A stretch of DNA of 64,000 bases from Octopus sinensis (taxonomy: Eukaryota): contig NC_043014.1 in the NCBI RefSeq assembly GCF_006345805.1, forward strand, positions 42,904,001 through 42,968,000. Direction: 5' to 3'. Below the pieces are notes generated by a model, which was not told the origin of the DNA, searched no databases, and saw only the letters and a program-made list of their open reading frames with translations. This document shows, in pieces, positions 12,777-24,594 of this stretch; the first letter of the stretch is position 1; the number at the start of each line of letters is the position of its first letter. The position numbers and the translations under genes are program-made.

Positions 12777-13170
12777 AGGCATAGGAGTGGGTGTGTGGTA
12801 AGTAGCTTGCTTACCAATCACATGGTTCCGGGTTCAGTCCCACTGCGTGGCACCTTGGGCAAGTGTCTTCTACTATAGCCTCAGGCCGACCAAAGCCTTG
12901 TGAGTGGATTTGGTAGACGGAAACTGAAAGAATCCCGTCGTATATATGCATATATATATGTATGTATGTGTGAGTATATGTTTGTGTGTCTGTGTTTGTA
13001 CCCCCAACATCGCTTGACGACCGATGCTGGTGTTTTTACGTCCCCATAACTTAGCGGTTCAGCAAAAGAGACCGATAGAATAAGTACTAGGCTTACAAAG
13101 AATAAGAAGTAAAGGTGGTGCTCCAGCATGGCCACAGTCAAATGACTGAAACAAGTAAAAGAGTAAAGAG
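12777..13170 (+). mobile_element. SINE-A, full length
   Basis: Head to tail match with the other copies. Confidence 0.92.
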
Positions 13171-13284
13171 TATATATACAACAGGCTTCTTTCAATTTCT
13201 CTCCACCAAATCCACTCACAAGGCTTTGGTTGGCCTGAGGTTATAATAGAAGACACTTATCTATTAGTCATTTTTGCCAGACTA

Positions 13285-13774
13285 ATCCAGACGAGGTCAA
13301 CTTTTGCCTTTTCCTCTTTCCTCAGTCATTAAAATAAAGTACCAATCAAGTACGGTGATAGATGTAATTGACTAACCCGCAACCTTCCCTCAAAAATAAA
13401 TACACTCCTTTGTACCTAATTCAAAAGAGAAACATTACTTTTGTTTTCCCCTCTTATCATCATCATCATCATCATCATTATTATTATTATTACTACTACT
13501 ACTAATTACAATGGTGGATTGGTAGAATTGGTAGACCATTGGAAAAATGCCTAGGCTTACTTAATGTTTCAGTTTTTCTTCTTTCACATTTCCTGAATTC
13601 AATTCCAGACGAGGTCATCTTTTGCCTTTTCCTCTTTCCTCAGTCATTAAAATAAAGTACCAATCAAGTACCGGAATTGATGTAATTGACTAACCCGCAA
13701 CCTTCCCTCAAAAAAAAAATACACTCTTTTGTACCTAATTCAAAAGAGAAACATTACTTTTGTGTTCCCCTCTT

Positions 13775-13809
<35 letters not shown>

Positions 13810-14085
13810 TATTATTATTATTACTACTATTACTAATTACGATGGTGGATTGGTAGAATTGGTAGACCATTGGACAAAACGCCTAGGCTTACTTAATGTT
13901 TCAGTTTTTCTTTTGTCACATTTCCTGAATTCAAATCCAGACGAGGTCATCTTTTGCCTTTTCATCTTTCCTCAGTCATTAAAATAAAGTACCAATCAAG
14001 TACCGGAATTGATGTAATTGACTAACCCGCAACCTACACTCCTTTGTCCCTAATTCAAAAGAGAAACATTACTTTTGTTTTCCCC
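13285..14085 (+). repeat. Tandem triplication, period about 320-330 bp, built from a decayed SINE-B-like element plus (ATC)n(ATT)n
   Basis: CCAGACGAGGTCA.CTTTTGCCTTTTC.TCTTTCCTCAGTCATTAAAATAAAGTACCAATCAAGTAC at about 13287, 13604 and 13937. Confidence 0.9.
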
Positions 14086-14329
14086 CTTTTGCTCCCTGTT
14101 ATTAGATAGAGGCTTGGACAAAATGCCTTGCAAGGTTTACATTCTGTGTTCAAACTCCGACAAGGTCAGCTTTGCTTTTCATCTTTCCAGTGGTGGTGGT
14201 GGTGGTGGTGGTCAATATAATAAAACAAAAACATAATACCAGTGGTGTGTGTAGGACGAGGGGGGGAGGCATTTCAATGATGAGCTCCTCCTCCTACATT
14301 TGTGACACTGCTGTGTCTATGATGGAAAT

Positions 14330-15399
14330 TATTGTTATTATTATTAATATTATTATTATTATTATGACTTTTGTTGTTATTATCATCATCATGATCATCG
14401 TAAAAGTACAACCACAGCAGCAGCAGCACCAACACCACCAGAGTTATCATTATAACCATCATCATCATCATCATCATCTTCATCACCACCACCACCACCA
14501 TAGTCATCAACATCATCATCATCATCATCATCATCACCACAGTCATCATCGTCGTTGTCGTCGTCATCATCATCATGACGATAACGATGACCACCACCAC
14601 CATCATCATCATCACCACCACCACCACCACCGCCGCCCTCACCATCATCATCATCATCATCATCGACCCTTAGTGGTTAATAAAGACAAGATTATTATTA
14701 TTATCATTATTATTATTATTATTATTATTATTTATTTATTATTATTATTATTATTATCATTATTATTATTATTATTATTATCATCATCATTATTATCATT
14801 ATCATCATTATTATTATTATTATTATCATTATTATTATTATTATTATTATCATTATTATCATTATTATTATCATTATTATCATTATTATTATTATCATTA
14901 TTATTATCATTATTATCATTATTATTATCATTATTATCATTATTATTATTATCATTATTATTATCATTATTATCATTATTATTATTATCATTATTATTAT
15001 CATTATTATTATCATTATTATCATTATTATTATCATTATTATCATTATTATTATTATCATTATTATTATCATTATTATCATTATTATTATCATTATTATT
15101 ATTATTATTTTATTATTATTATTATTATTATTATCATCATCATTATTATCATTATCATCATTATTATTATTATTATTATATCTATTATTATTATTATTAT
15201 TATCATTATTATCATTATTATTATCATTATATCATTATTATATTATCATTATTATTATCATTATTATCATTATATTATCATTATTATAATTATTATCATT
15301 ATCATTATCATTATTATCATTATTATTATTATCATTATTATTATCATTATTATTATTATTATCATCATCATTATTATTATCATCATCATCATCATCATT

Positions 15400-15434
<35 letters not shown>

Positions 15435-15480
15435 TATCATAATTATTATTATTATTACTATTACTACTATTACTACTAAC
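14330..15480. repeat. Trinucleotide array (CAT/CAC/ATT/ATC)n
   Basis: Directly visible; explains the 435-aa pseudo-ORF. Confidence 0.95.
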
Positions 15481-15568
15481 TCTCATCATTGCTATTGTTA
15501 TTGTTATTAATTTCATATTTATATTAATCGTTATTGTTATGAATTGCCCGTCATCTTTTTCAAAACAG

Positions 15569-15650
15569 CAGCAATGACAACATCCCATGTCAGTGTGGGA
15601 AAAATCTTTCCGAGTTTCAGAAACCGAAAGTCAAATGTCGTTCTTGTATG
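15569..15650 (+). CDS. Candidate small exon, SNDNIPCQCGKNLSEFQKPKVKCRSCM
   Basis: Unique island between microsatellites; tcttttttcaaaacag-like acceptor, ATG|gtaaca donor, open frame with CxC...CxxC; no homology recognised. Confidence 0.2.
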
Positions 15651-15694
15651 GTAACATAAATCACAATAGTTGATAAAGAGATTTCCTAGAATTC

Positions 15695-16105
15695 GGTGAC
15701 GTTGGGTGGTGGCGGCGGTGGCGGTGACGGTGGCGGTGACGACGGCGGCGCACGGTGACGGTGGTCGTAGTGGTGGTGGTGATGGTGGTGGTGGTGGTGG
15801 TGTGGTGGTGGTGGCGGTGGCGGTGGCGGTGGCGATGACGACTGCGGCGCACGGTGACGGTGGTGGTGGTGGTCGTAGTGGTGGTGGTCATGGTGGTGGT
15901 GGTGGTGGTGTGGTGGTGGCGATGACGACAGCGGTGCAATGTGACGGTGGTGGTGGTGGTCGTAGTGGTGGTGGTGGTGTGGTGGCGGTGGCGGTGAGGA
16001 CGGCGGCGCACGGTGACGGTGACGGTGGTGGTGGTGGTCGTAGTGGTGGTGGTGATGGTGGTGGTGGTGGTGTGGTGGTGGTGGTGGCGGTGGTGGTGGT
16101 GGTGG
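15695..16105. repeat. GGT/GGC-based higher-order minisatellite, about four units
   Basis: Recurrent GGCGCACGGTGACGGT...GGTCGTAGTGGTGGTGGT units. Confidence 0.85.
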
Positions 16106-16324
16106 GGAGAATCGTTCCAATGTTTTGATATTCAAATGCAATTCTTTACACGGTCTAACCAATTAATTCTTAATTATGGTTCCAACTTTGACAAGGCTTA
16201 AAATTAGTCGCAACGAGGTGGGGGTCGGGGGTGGGGTGGAGTGGGGTGGGTGGTGGTGGCGGCGTGGGGGTGGGGTGAAGTGGGGTGGAGTGGAGTGGGG
16301 AACGTGGTGACGAAGACAACAACA

Positions 16325-16368
16325 GTGATGAGAATGATGATGATGAGAATGATGATGATGATGATGAT

Positions 16369-16408
<40 letters not shown>

Positions 16409-16810
16409 AATGATGATAGTGATGAGGGTGATGAGGGTGATGGTGATGTTGATGGTTATGAAGATAGTCATGGAGATGATGATGACGATGATGATGACGA
16501 CGACGATGACGATGACGATGGTGGTGGTAGTGATGAGAATGGTCACGGAGATGATGATAATGACAACGACGATGATGACGATGATGGTGATGATGACAAT
16601 GATGAGGATGATCATGGCTTTGATGACGATGATGATGATGATGAGTAGTGGCACTGACTGCAATAACAATGATAACTAGTAGCGCTGACTACGACAATGA
16701 TGATGACAGCGATGATGACGATGACGATGATTATGATGACAATGGTGGTGATGATGATAATGATGATGATGATTATGATGACAATGGTGATGATGATGAT
16801 AATGATGACA

Positions 16811-16849
<39 letters not shown>

Positions 16850-17245
16850 ATGATGATTATGATGACAATGGTGATGATGATGATGATGAGGATTATGATG
16901 TCAATGGTGATGATGTTGATGATGATGACGATGACGATGATAATGATAACTGACGATGAAGATGATGATGATGATGATGATGATGATGACGATGACGATG
17001 ATGATGTTGATTACGATGATGATAATGATGATGATGATGATGATGATGATTATGATGACAAGGTGATGATGATGATTATGATGACAATGGTGATGATGAT
17101 GACAATGGTGATGATGACGACGATGATGACGACGACGATGATGATTATGATGGCAATGGTGACGACAATGGTGATGACGATGATGATGATGATGATGATG
17201 ATGATGATAACTGGTAGTAGTAGTACTGGTGATGGTGGTGGTGAG
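16325..17245. repeat. (GAT/GAC)n array
   Basis: Directly visible. Confidence 0.95.
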
Positions 17246-17376
17246 ATGATGAATATTAAGATGTTCCCGAGGATGATTTGTTGCAATGGCCATAACGATA
17301 ATGATAACGATTGGTGACGTTGGCAGCTCTGATGAAAAATGAATGATATCATTGGTACTTGGTGCTGTTTGTTGCA

Positions 17377-17908
17377 ATGTGTGTATGCGTGTGTGTGTGT
17401 GTATACACTTGTGTGTTTGTGTGTGTGTGTGTGTATGTGTGTGTGTATGTGTTTGTATGTGTGTGTATGTGTGCGTGTGTTTGTATGTGCATGTGTGTGT
17501 ATGTGTGTGTATGTGTGTGTGTGTTTGTATGTGTGCATGTGCGTGTATGTGTGTGTATATGTGTGTATGTGTGTATGTATGTGTATACATATGTGCATGT
17601 GTGTGTTTGTATGTGTGTGTGCATGTGTGTGTATGTGTGTGTGTGCATATGTGTGTGTGTATGTATGTGTATACGTATGTGTGTATATATATATACACAC
17701 ATATATATATACGTATGTGTGCATATGTGTGTATGTTTGTATGTGTGTGTGTGTGTGTCCGTGTATGTGTGTGTATGTATGTCTGTACGTATGTGTGTAT
17801 GTATGTGTATGCATGTACATATGTGTGTGTGTGCATGTATGCATGCGTATGTATGTGTGTATGTATGTGTATGTGTGCGTGCATATGTGTGTTTGCATAT
17901 GTGCGTGT
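17377..17908. repeat. Degenerate (TG/TA)n array
   Basis: Directly visible. Confidence 0.95.
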
Positions 17909-18494
17909 GACTTTTCACGATGACGACGACAACGGAGTCATAAGCCAACCTATGTCCAGTTAGAATAATTACAGTATGTATATACCAATGAAATGTTTTG
18001 TCAAAACAGTAATTAGCAGCAAATTTAGATTTTACTTCTCTTATTTCCATTTCCGCCTGTCATTTCTCTTCCTTTTTTATTTGGTATTTTCTTCGGAATA
18101 ACAATTAGTTTTATAATCAGGAATCACCGTTGCTTATCAATATACTTTGGCTCAAAGTTTATTTATTTATTCATGAATGAGATTTGTGAGTAATGAAGTT
18201 CAAATCCTGTATAATAAATAATAGATCATATCGTATACAGATTTCTAAAGCAGAAATTTTTCCATCCCAAGACGTTCTATCTATCAGAAACGATGTCTGT
18301 TTGCGATCAGCGCAAGATGAATTGCCGACCGAAGCAAGTTCCAGCCGAACTGAGTTGATCTTTCAGCATGTCCATAATTCCAGAACTCTCTTTACATTGT
18401 TTCAGTCAGTTCTGACCGTGGCCATGCTGGAGCACCGCCTTTAGTCGAGCAAATCGACCCCTGGACTAATACACTGACACCTGGACATCCTTGT

Positions 18495-18922
18495 TACTCA
18501 TTTACTTTGCTCTTACTCTTTTACTCTTTTACTTGCTTCAGTCAATTTGACTGCGGCCATGCTGGAGCACCGCCTTTAGTCGAGCAACTCGACCCCTGGA
18601 CTTGTTCTTTGTAAGCCTAGTATTTATTCTATCGGTCTCTTTTGCTGAACTGCTAAGTTATGGGGACGTAAACACACCAGCATCAGTTGTCAAGCGATGT
18701 TGGGGGGACAAACACAGACACTCAAACATATACACACACATATATATATGCTTATATATAGCAAGCTTCTTTCAGTTTCCGTCTACCAAATCCACTCACA
18801 AGGCTTTGGTCGGCCCAAGGCTACAGTAGAAGACACTTGCCCAAGGTGCCACACCGTGGGACTGAACCCTGAACCATGTGATTGGTAAGCAAGCTACTTA
18901 CCACACAGCCACTCCTATGCCT
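18495..18922 (-). mobile_element. SINE-A, full length
   Basis: Reverse-complement match; an extra tail fragment lies at about 18390-18466. Confidence 0.9.
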
Positions 18923-18944
18923 AGTTCTAAAAAAAAAAATTAAT

Positions 18945-19154
18945 AGCAGACACTAGCCACAAGGAACTCCCATCTGACAAGTGTTTTGACCCATATTCCT
19001 GACCCTATGGGAGCTGGGCTCACCCAGGTTATGACTCCTAGGTGTCCTCCTGCTGCTTTCCAAAATCCTGTCACCAGCAGGATTTGAACCTGGATCATTC
19101 TTTTGTGAACTTGTGTTCCCAGGGCTGTGTTCCAATCCACTAGGCCACTCTGAC
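18945..19154 (-). mobile_element. Probable SINE with a long-variable-arm (Leu/Ser-type) tRNA-like head
   Basis: GTCAGAGTGGCCTAGTGG...CCAGGTTCAAATCCTGCTGGTGACA spans 86 nt (19154-19069); cloverleaf is degenerate. Confidence 0.55.
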
Positions 19155-19641
19155 CAACGAAGGAACCTGTTCTCTTCTTCCTTATGTTTCCTGTAAATAA
19201 TCAATGGAATCCATAACTAGGGCCATTGATCATTTCTCTTTGCCTGTGCCCACATTGAGCTCTTTTCAGCAATATCAGACAAGCATTTGATTGCGGCAGT
19301 TCTGCAGCCTTTGATACTCAACCTGTTATCTATGACAACATCCATAATTTCAGAAGCTGAAATTTTATGTGCAAAATGAATGCCTCTTATAGATACAATG
19401 ACATTTGTCACGTCAGAAACAATGTCTGTGATCAATTCAAGACAAATTGCTAACCAAAGAAGGTTCTGACCAAACTAGTTCTAATCAATATGTTCTCTAC
19501 CAGAAAATTCAAAGCTCCAAAACCTGAAATATCTTCCAAATGAATGCTCCTGATGCAGACCAAAATTTCTTCCTATGTCTGTTCTCAGAATGTTGTCTGC
19601 ACAAAATTCATTGTTGTAGAAGTTGAAATTTCATGTCATTA

Positions 19642-19811
19642 AGCGTCGGAGTGGCTGTGTGGTAAGTAGCTTGCTTATGAACCACATGGTTCCGGGTTCA
19701 GTCTCACTGTGCGGCACCTTGGGCAAGTGTCTTCTACTATAGCCTTGGGCCGACCAAAGTCTTTGTAAGTGGATTTGGTAGACGGAAACTGAAAGAAGCC
19801 CATCGTATATA

Positions 19812-19845
<34 letters not shown>

Positions 19846-20081
19846 TGTGTGTGTGTATATATTTGTGTGTATATGTTTGTCCCCCAACATCGCTTGACAA
19901 CTGATGCTGGTGTGTTTACGTGCCCGTGACCTAGCCGGTTGGCAAAACAGACCGATAGAATAAGTACTAGGCTTACAAAGAATAAGTTCTTGGGTCGATT
20001 TGCTTGACTAAAGGCTGTGCTCCAGCATGGCCACAGTCAAATGACTGAAACAAGTAAAAGAGTAAAAGAGAGAGTAAAGAG
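19642..20081 (+). mobile_element. SINE-A, full length
   Basis: Head to tail match. Confidence 0.9.
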
Positions 20082-20125
20082 CACCTTGTATGCACCAAGA
20101 CATACTTCATATCAGACACTGTTTC

Positions 20126-20328
20126 TTTACTCTTTTACTCTTTTACTTGTTTCAGTCATTTGACTGTGGCCATGCTGGAGCACCGCCTTTACAAGAAAAT
20201 TGACCCCGGGACTTATTCTTTGTAAGCCCTGTACTTATTTTATCAGTCTCTTTTGCCGAACCGCTAAGTGACGGGGACGTAAACACACCAGCATCGGTTG
20301 TCAAGCGATGTGAGGGGGACAAACACAG

Positions 20329-20361
<33 letters not shown>

Positions 20362-20523
20362 CGACAGGCTTCTTTCAGTTTCCGTCTACCAAATCCACTC
20401 ACAAGGCATTGGTCGGCCTGAGGCTATAGTAGAAGACACTTGCCCAAGGTGCCACGCAGTGGGACTGAATCCGGAACCATGTGGTTGGTAAGCAAGCTAC
20501 TTACCACACAGCCACTCATACGT
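20126..20523 (-). mobile_element. SINE-A, full length
   Basis: Reverse-complement match; tail-to-tail with 19642-20081. Confidence 0.9.
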
Positions 20524-20760
20524 AATTAAGACAAAAAGGCATTATCAGCTGAAAAAAGTTCCAACCAAACAAAGTCAGTCTTCAGCAAGTTTTCTACTAT
20601 AGTATTCATGTTCTTCTTGTTCTTCTTGTTAGAAACGATGTCTGAATGTGAGTGATGCAAGATGAATTGCCAACCAAAACAAGTTCAAATCAAACTGTGT
20701 CAGTTCTCTACATGTTATTTATTACAACATCCAGAGGGTTCCAAAAGCTGAAATTTCATA

Positions 20761-21281
20761 CACGTGGCAAGAATGGATGAGGATAGCTGTGCGAAAGAGT
20801 GCCACACCCTAGCAGTTGAGGGAACCTGTGGAAGAGGTAGATCCAGGAAGACCTGGGAGAAGGTGGTGAAGCATTACCTTCAAACATTAGGCCTCACCGA
20901 GGCAATGACTAGTGACCAAGACCTTTGGAAATATGCTGTGCTTGAGAAGACCCGGCAAGCCAAGTGAGACCATAACTTGTGGCCTATGCCAGGGGTGTAA
21001 CCAGCCCACTTATGCGTACCTTTCCTTCATTGGACACTAAACTCTGTGAAGACCAGTTGAGGCAAGTGAAATTGAAATCGAACTCAAATTTGATGACTGG
21101 CAGCCATGCTAGTGCAACGCTAAGAGCACCATCCAAGCGTGATTGTTGCCAGAGCAGCTGACTTGCTTCTGTGTCAGTGGCATGTAAAAAGCACCATTCG
21201 AGCATGATCGTTACCAGCGTCGCCTTACTGGCACTTGTGCCAGTGGCATGTGAAAAAATATTTGAGCAAGATCTTTGCCAG
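20761..21281 (+). mobile_element. RTE-clade LINE 3' fragment (ORF end plus sub-repeated 3' UTR)
   Basis: HVARMDEDSCAKECHTLAVEGTCGRGRSRKTWEKVV...DQDLWK* matches the RTE GHV.R...G.R.RGRP..W motif. Confidence 0.85.
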
Positions 21282-21289
21282 TTTCACTT

Positions 21290-21720
21290 ATTTTACGGGG
21301 ATGTAAACACACCAGCATCGGTTGTCAAGTGATGTTGGGGACACAAACACAGACACACAAACATATACACACATACATATATATATAGTTAATCCAAACA
21401 TGAAAACACAAAGAGAAAACACAACAACGTGAGGACGTGGAACAAATATAGTATTATTGGACGCTTAGGAAGGAAGGGAAGAAGGAGGGTTTAATGTTTC
21501 GAGCGGAGCTCTTCATCGGAAACATAGGAGAAGGAAAGATCCAGAGAAGGGAAGACAGAGGAAAAAAATCACCAACGGTACACACGCGGTCACATTTTGA
21601 CGGGCTTCTTTCAGTTTCCATCTATCAAATCCACTCACAAGGCTTTGGTCAGCCTGAGGCTATAGTAGAAGACACTTGCCCAAGGTGCCATGCAGTGGAA
21701 CTGAACTCAGAACCATGTGA
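21290..21720 (-). mobile_element. SINE-A interrupted in its (TA)n by a hammerhead-bearing element (about 21388-21597)
   Basis: SINE halves at 21290-21387 and 21598-21720. Confidence 0.75.
21489..21523 (-). ncRNA. Degenerate minimal hammerhead motif
   Basis: GTTT-CCGATGA-A-GAGC-tcc-GCTC-GAAAC-ATT-AAAC; U4C change in the core. Confidence 0.55.
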
Positions 21721-21894
21721 GTTCAGAACTCAGAATATAGAGAACTTGAAGAAATGCTAGTATGCATTTTGACCAATGTTGCTAACAGTTCTGCCATCAT
21801 GCTGCCCTAATGCCAGCTCACTGCCCTGGGGCCATATTGCTGCCCTTACCCTTGTTCCTCTCTGGAACAACTACAATAGCAACAACAATGACAA

Positions 21895-22205
21895 CAACTA
21901 ACTGGCACTCCATAGGTTCCAGTCAACAGAACAGCCTGCTTGGGAAACTAACTTGCAAGTGGCTGAGTATTCCATGGACACGTGTACTCTTAATGTAGTT
22001 CTCAGGGAGATTCAGCGTGACACAGAGTGTGACAAGGCTGGCCCTTTTTTGAAATACAGGTACAACTCATTTTTGCCAGGTGTGTGGACTGGAGCAACGT
22101 GAAATAAAGTGTCTTGCTCAAGGACACAACGCGTTGCTGGGAATTGAACTCACGACCTTACAACTGTGAGTCGAATACTGTAACAACTAAGCCACGTGCC
22201 TTCGT
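21895..22205 (-). mobile_element. SINE-C with an alternative 3' tail
   Basis: Same head and central domain as 6648-6985, different tail. Confidence 0.75.
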
Positions 22206-22460
22206 AATAACAATAACAACAAAAACAATGAAAAATAACGGAAAAGATGATGAAATACATTAGTGGGGTGAGGTGGGCGGGGCAGGAAAGTCCAAAGGAG
22301 ACAGAGAAAGATACGAGGGAAATATAATAAAGTCGAAGAACGAAGAAGTTTGTTTTCGACGCATCAAGAGAATAAATAGAATGATGCTCTATGCTATTGT
22401 TCGTCTGAAAGGAATCACTGATGCGGAAAAATTATAGATTTATTTTTCTCAATTTTCTAG

Positions 22461-22538
22461 TTTTGCAATTTTGGCACAAATATGATAGATTTGCTCATCT
22501 GAGTTTGACTGAAAGTGACATTAGCAATCAGTATGGTG
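22461..22538 (+). CDS. Candidate symmetric phase-1 exon, LQFWHKYDRFAHLSLTESDISNQYG
   Basis: Strong acceptor tatttttctcaattttctag and donor GTG|gtaagt; 78 bp with exactly one open frame; product not recognised. Confidence 0.4.
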
Positions 22539-22919
22539 GTAAGTAAGTAAGGTTTGTTTTTGAGAGAAGGAGAGAAAGAGAGAGAGAAAGAGAGACTCTG
22601 TGTGTGTGTTTTGATCCATACAGGAGACTTGGTCTACTGGAGCCTATCCTAGATTTCAAAGAATTAAAGCCTTGAAAGATATCATTTTCTCTTTAATATA
22701 TTTTGCCCATGGAGCGGGATGAAGTAGTCATAATAAACTAAAAATATATTTACAAAAACCAGAACAGAAAAAAGAACTGAAAAAAAGAACAGAAAAATGA
22801 ACAACCCCCACCCATCGTTGTTTACTGGGTTTCTTACCATGTTTAGCAGAAGATTCTACCTTCCCATGATATCTATCCTTGCTCATCGCTGGTTGTTAAT
22901 AATAGTAATAACAATAACA

Positions 22920-23235
22920 AAAACTGTTCCTGTTATTATAGGTGCCCTAGGTATGATAAAAACGGGATGTCAGAAACATCTAGATAACATCCCAGGAGAA
23001 CCATCTCTCAGAGAAATCCAAAAGATTGTGCTGACAAGTACTGCCCACATCCTTAGAAAAACCCTATAAATTTAAATATATGTGTTGTATTACATGAAGA
23101 TATTTTGCTACTGCCCCTGACACTTCCCCTCCTCAAGCTTTCAGTAATCCTGTGACATCTCTTACCCTTCACTCGCCCTAGGATGCTGGGTGTGTCTTGG
23201 CAAGTGATCACAACAAACATGCAGATGAAAAGTAT
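22920..23235 (+). mobile_element. R4/Dong-clade (RLE) LINE 3' fragment
   Basis: KTVPVIIGALGMIK...LREIQKIVLTSTAHILRKTL* matches the R4/Dong C-terminal VPVVIGALG...QK.VL.GTA.ILR; begins right after an (AAT)-like tract. Confidence 0.8.
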
Positions 23236-23731
23236 ATTATGTACATATATACATATATAATATATAAATGTATGTGTATGTATATGTGTGTGTATATATA
23301 TATATATATGTATATGTAAAAAAATACAAACTGGGACAAGAACGCAAAACATTTAGAAGATGATACAAAAAACACGGATGGGACATTCGAAGTCTTCAAT
23401 CTTCAGTCAAGAACCGGATCATCCTCGCAATTTCGGCTGATTAATCTTGAGATTACTCCAACCTGGCCAGCCCCAAAGGAAAATCTAAGCCAAGCGCATT
23501 AGATTCCTTGGAAGAAAGCCTTGAATGTATACAAAACAAGGACGGGAATGAATAAGAATACAAAAATAGGTAAAAACAATAATGATAACATGAATAAGAA
23601 TACAAAAATACGTAAAAATAATAATGATAATAATAACAAAAACAGGACATCACAGACAGGACGGGTGAACTTTGAGCTGGCGCATTAGAAAAATGCCTTG
23701 GGGCAAAGTGAGAAAAAATGTGTCTAGCCTC

Positions 23732-23815
<84 letters not shown>

Positions 23816-23954
23816 TTTGACAGGCATCTTTCAGTTTCCATCAAGCAAATCCACTCACAAGGCTTTGGCCAGCCCAAGGCAATAGTAGAAGACAGTTGCC
23901 CAAGGTGCCATGCAGTGGGACTGAACTGAAGATCACACACACACATACATATAT

Positions 23955-24362
23955 GCTTTTATTCTTTTACTTGTTTCAGTCATTTGACTGTGGCTATGCT
24001 GGAGCATCACATTTAGTTGAACAAATCGAGCCCAGTTCTTATTTTTTGTAAGCCTAGTACTTATTCTATTGGTTGTCTTTTTGCTGAACCGCTAAGTGAT
24101 GGGGGACATAAACATACCGACATCGGTTGTCAAACGATGGTGGGGGGACAAACACAAACACAAATAACAAATGCATACATACATATATATACATATACGA
24201 CAGGCTTCTTTCAGTTTCTGTCTACCAAATCCACTTACAAAGGCTTTGGTTGGCCCGAGACTATAACAGAAGATACTTGTCCAAGGTGCTACACAGTGGG
24301 ATTGAATCAGGAACCATGTGCTTGGGAATCAAGCTTCTTATCACACGGCCACTTCTGTGCCT
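23955..24362 (-). mobile_element. SINE-A
   Basis: Reverse-complement match; an additional fragment lies at 23818-23927. Confidence 0.88.
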
Positions 24363-24495
24363 ATATATATATATATATATATATACACATACACACACAC
24401 ACACACATATATATGTATATAAATATATATATGTACATATATACATGCAAGCATACATATACATACATGCATATACATACATGTATATATGTATG

Positions 24496-24594
<99 letters not shown>

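Larger units (their letters stand above)
18240..20760 (+). repeat. Cryptic, highly diverged tandem repeat interrupted by SINEs
   Basis: AGAAAC(G/A)ATGTCTG...CAAGA..AATTGC.AACC.AA at about 18286, 19415 and 20631; AAG(C/T)TGAAATTT at about 19353, 19620 and 20745. Confidence 0.6.

Noticed and set aside
13285-14085. CRISPR-like regularly spaced repeats (also 27226-27828 and 61036-61661)
   Set aside because: Whole units are duplicated with no unique spacers; eukaryotic context and no cas genes
14172-15479. 435-aa ORF rich in His/Ile/Leu/Tyr
   Set aside because: Pure trinucleotide microsatellite translation
16241-17317. Asp-rich and Met-rich ORFs resembling acidic shell proteins or reflectins
   Set aside because: (GAT)n arrays open in several frames; no signal peptide, reflectin motif or splice support
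23375-23475. Possible hammerhead or HDV-like ribozyme (CTGAAGA on minus, TCCTCGC on plus)
   Set aside because: The required GAAA and stems, or P1/P3 pairings, could not be formed
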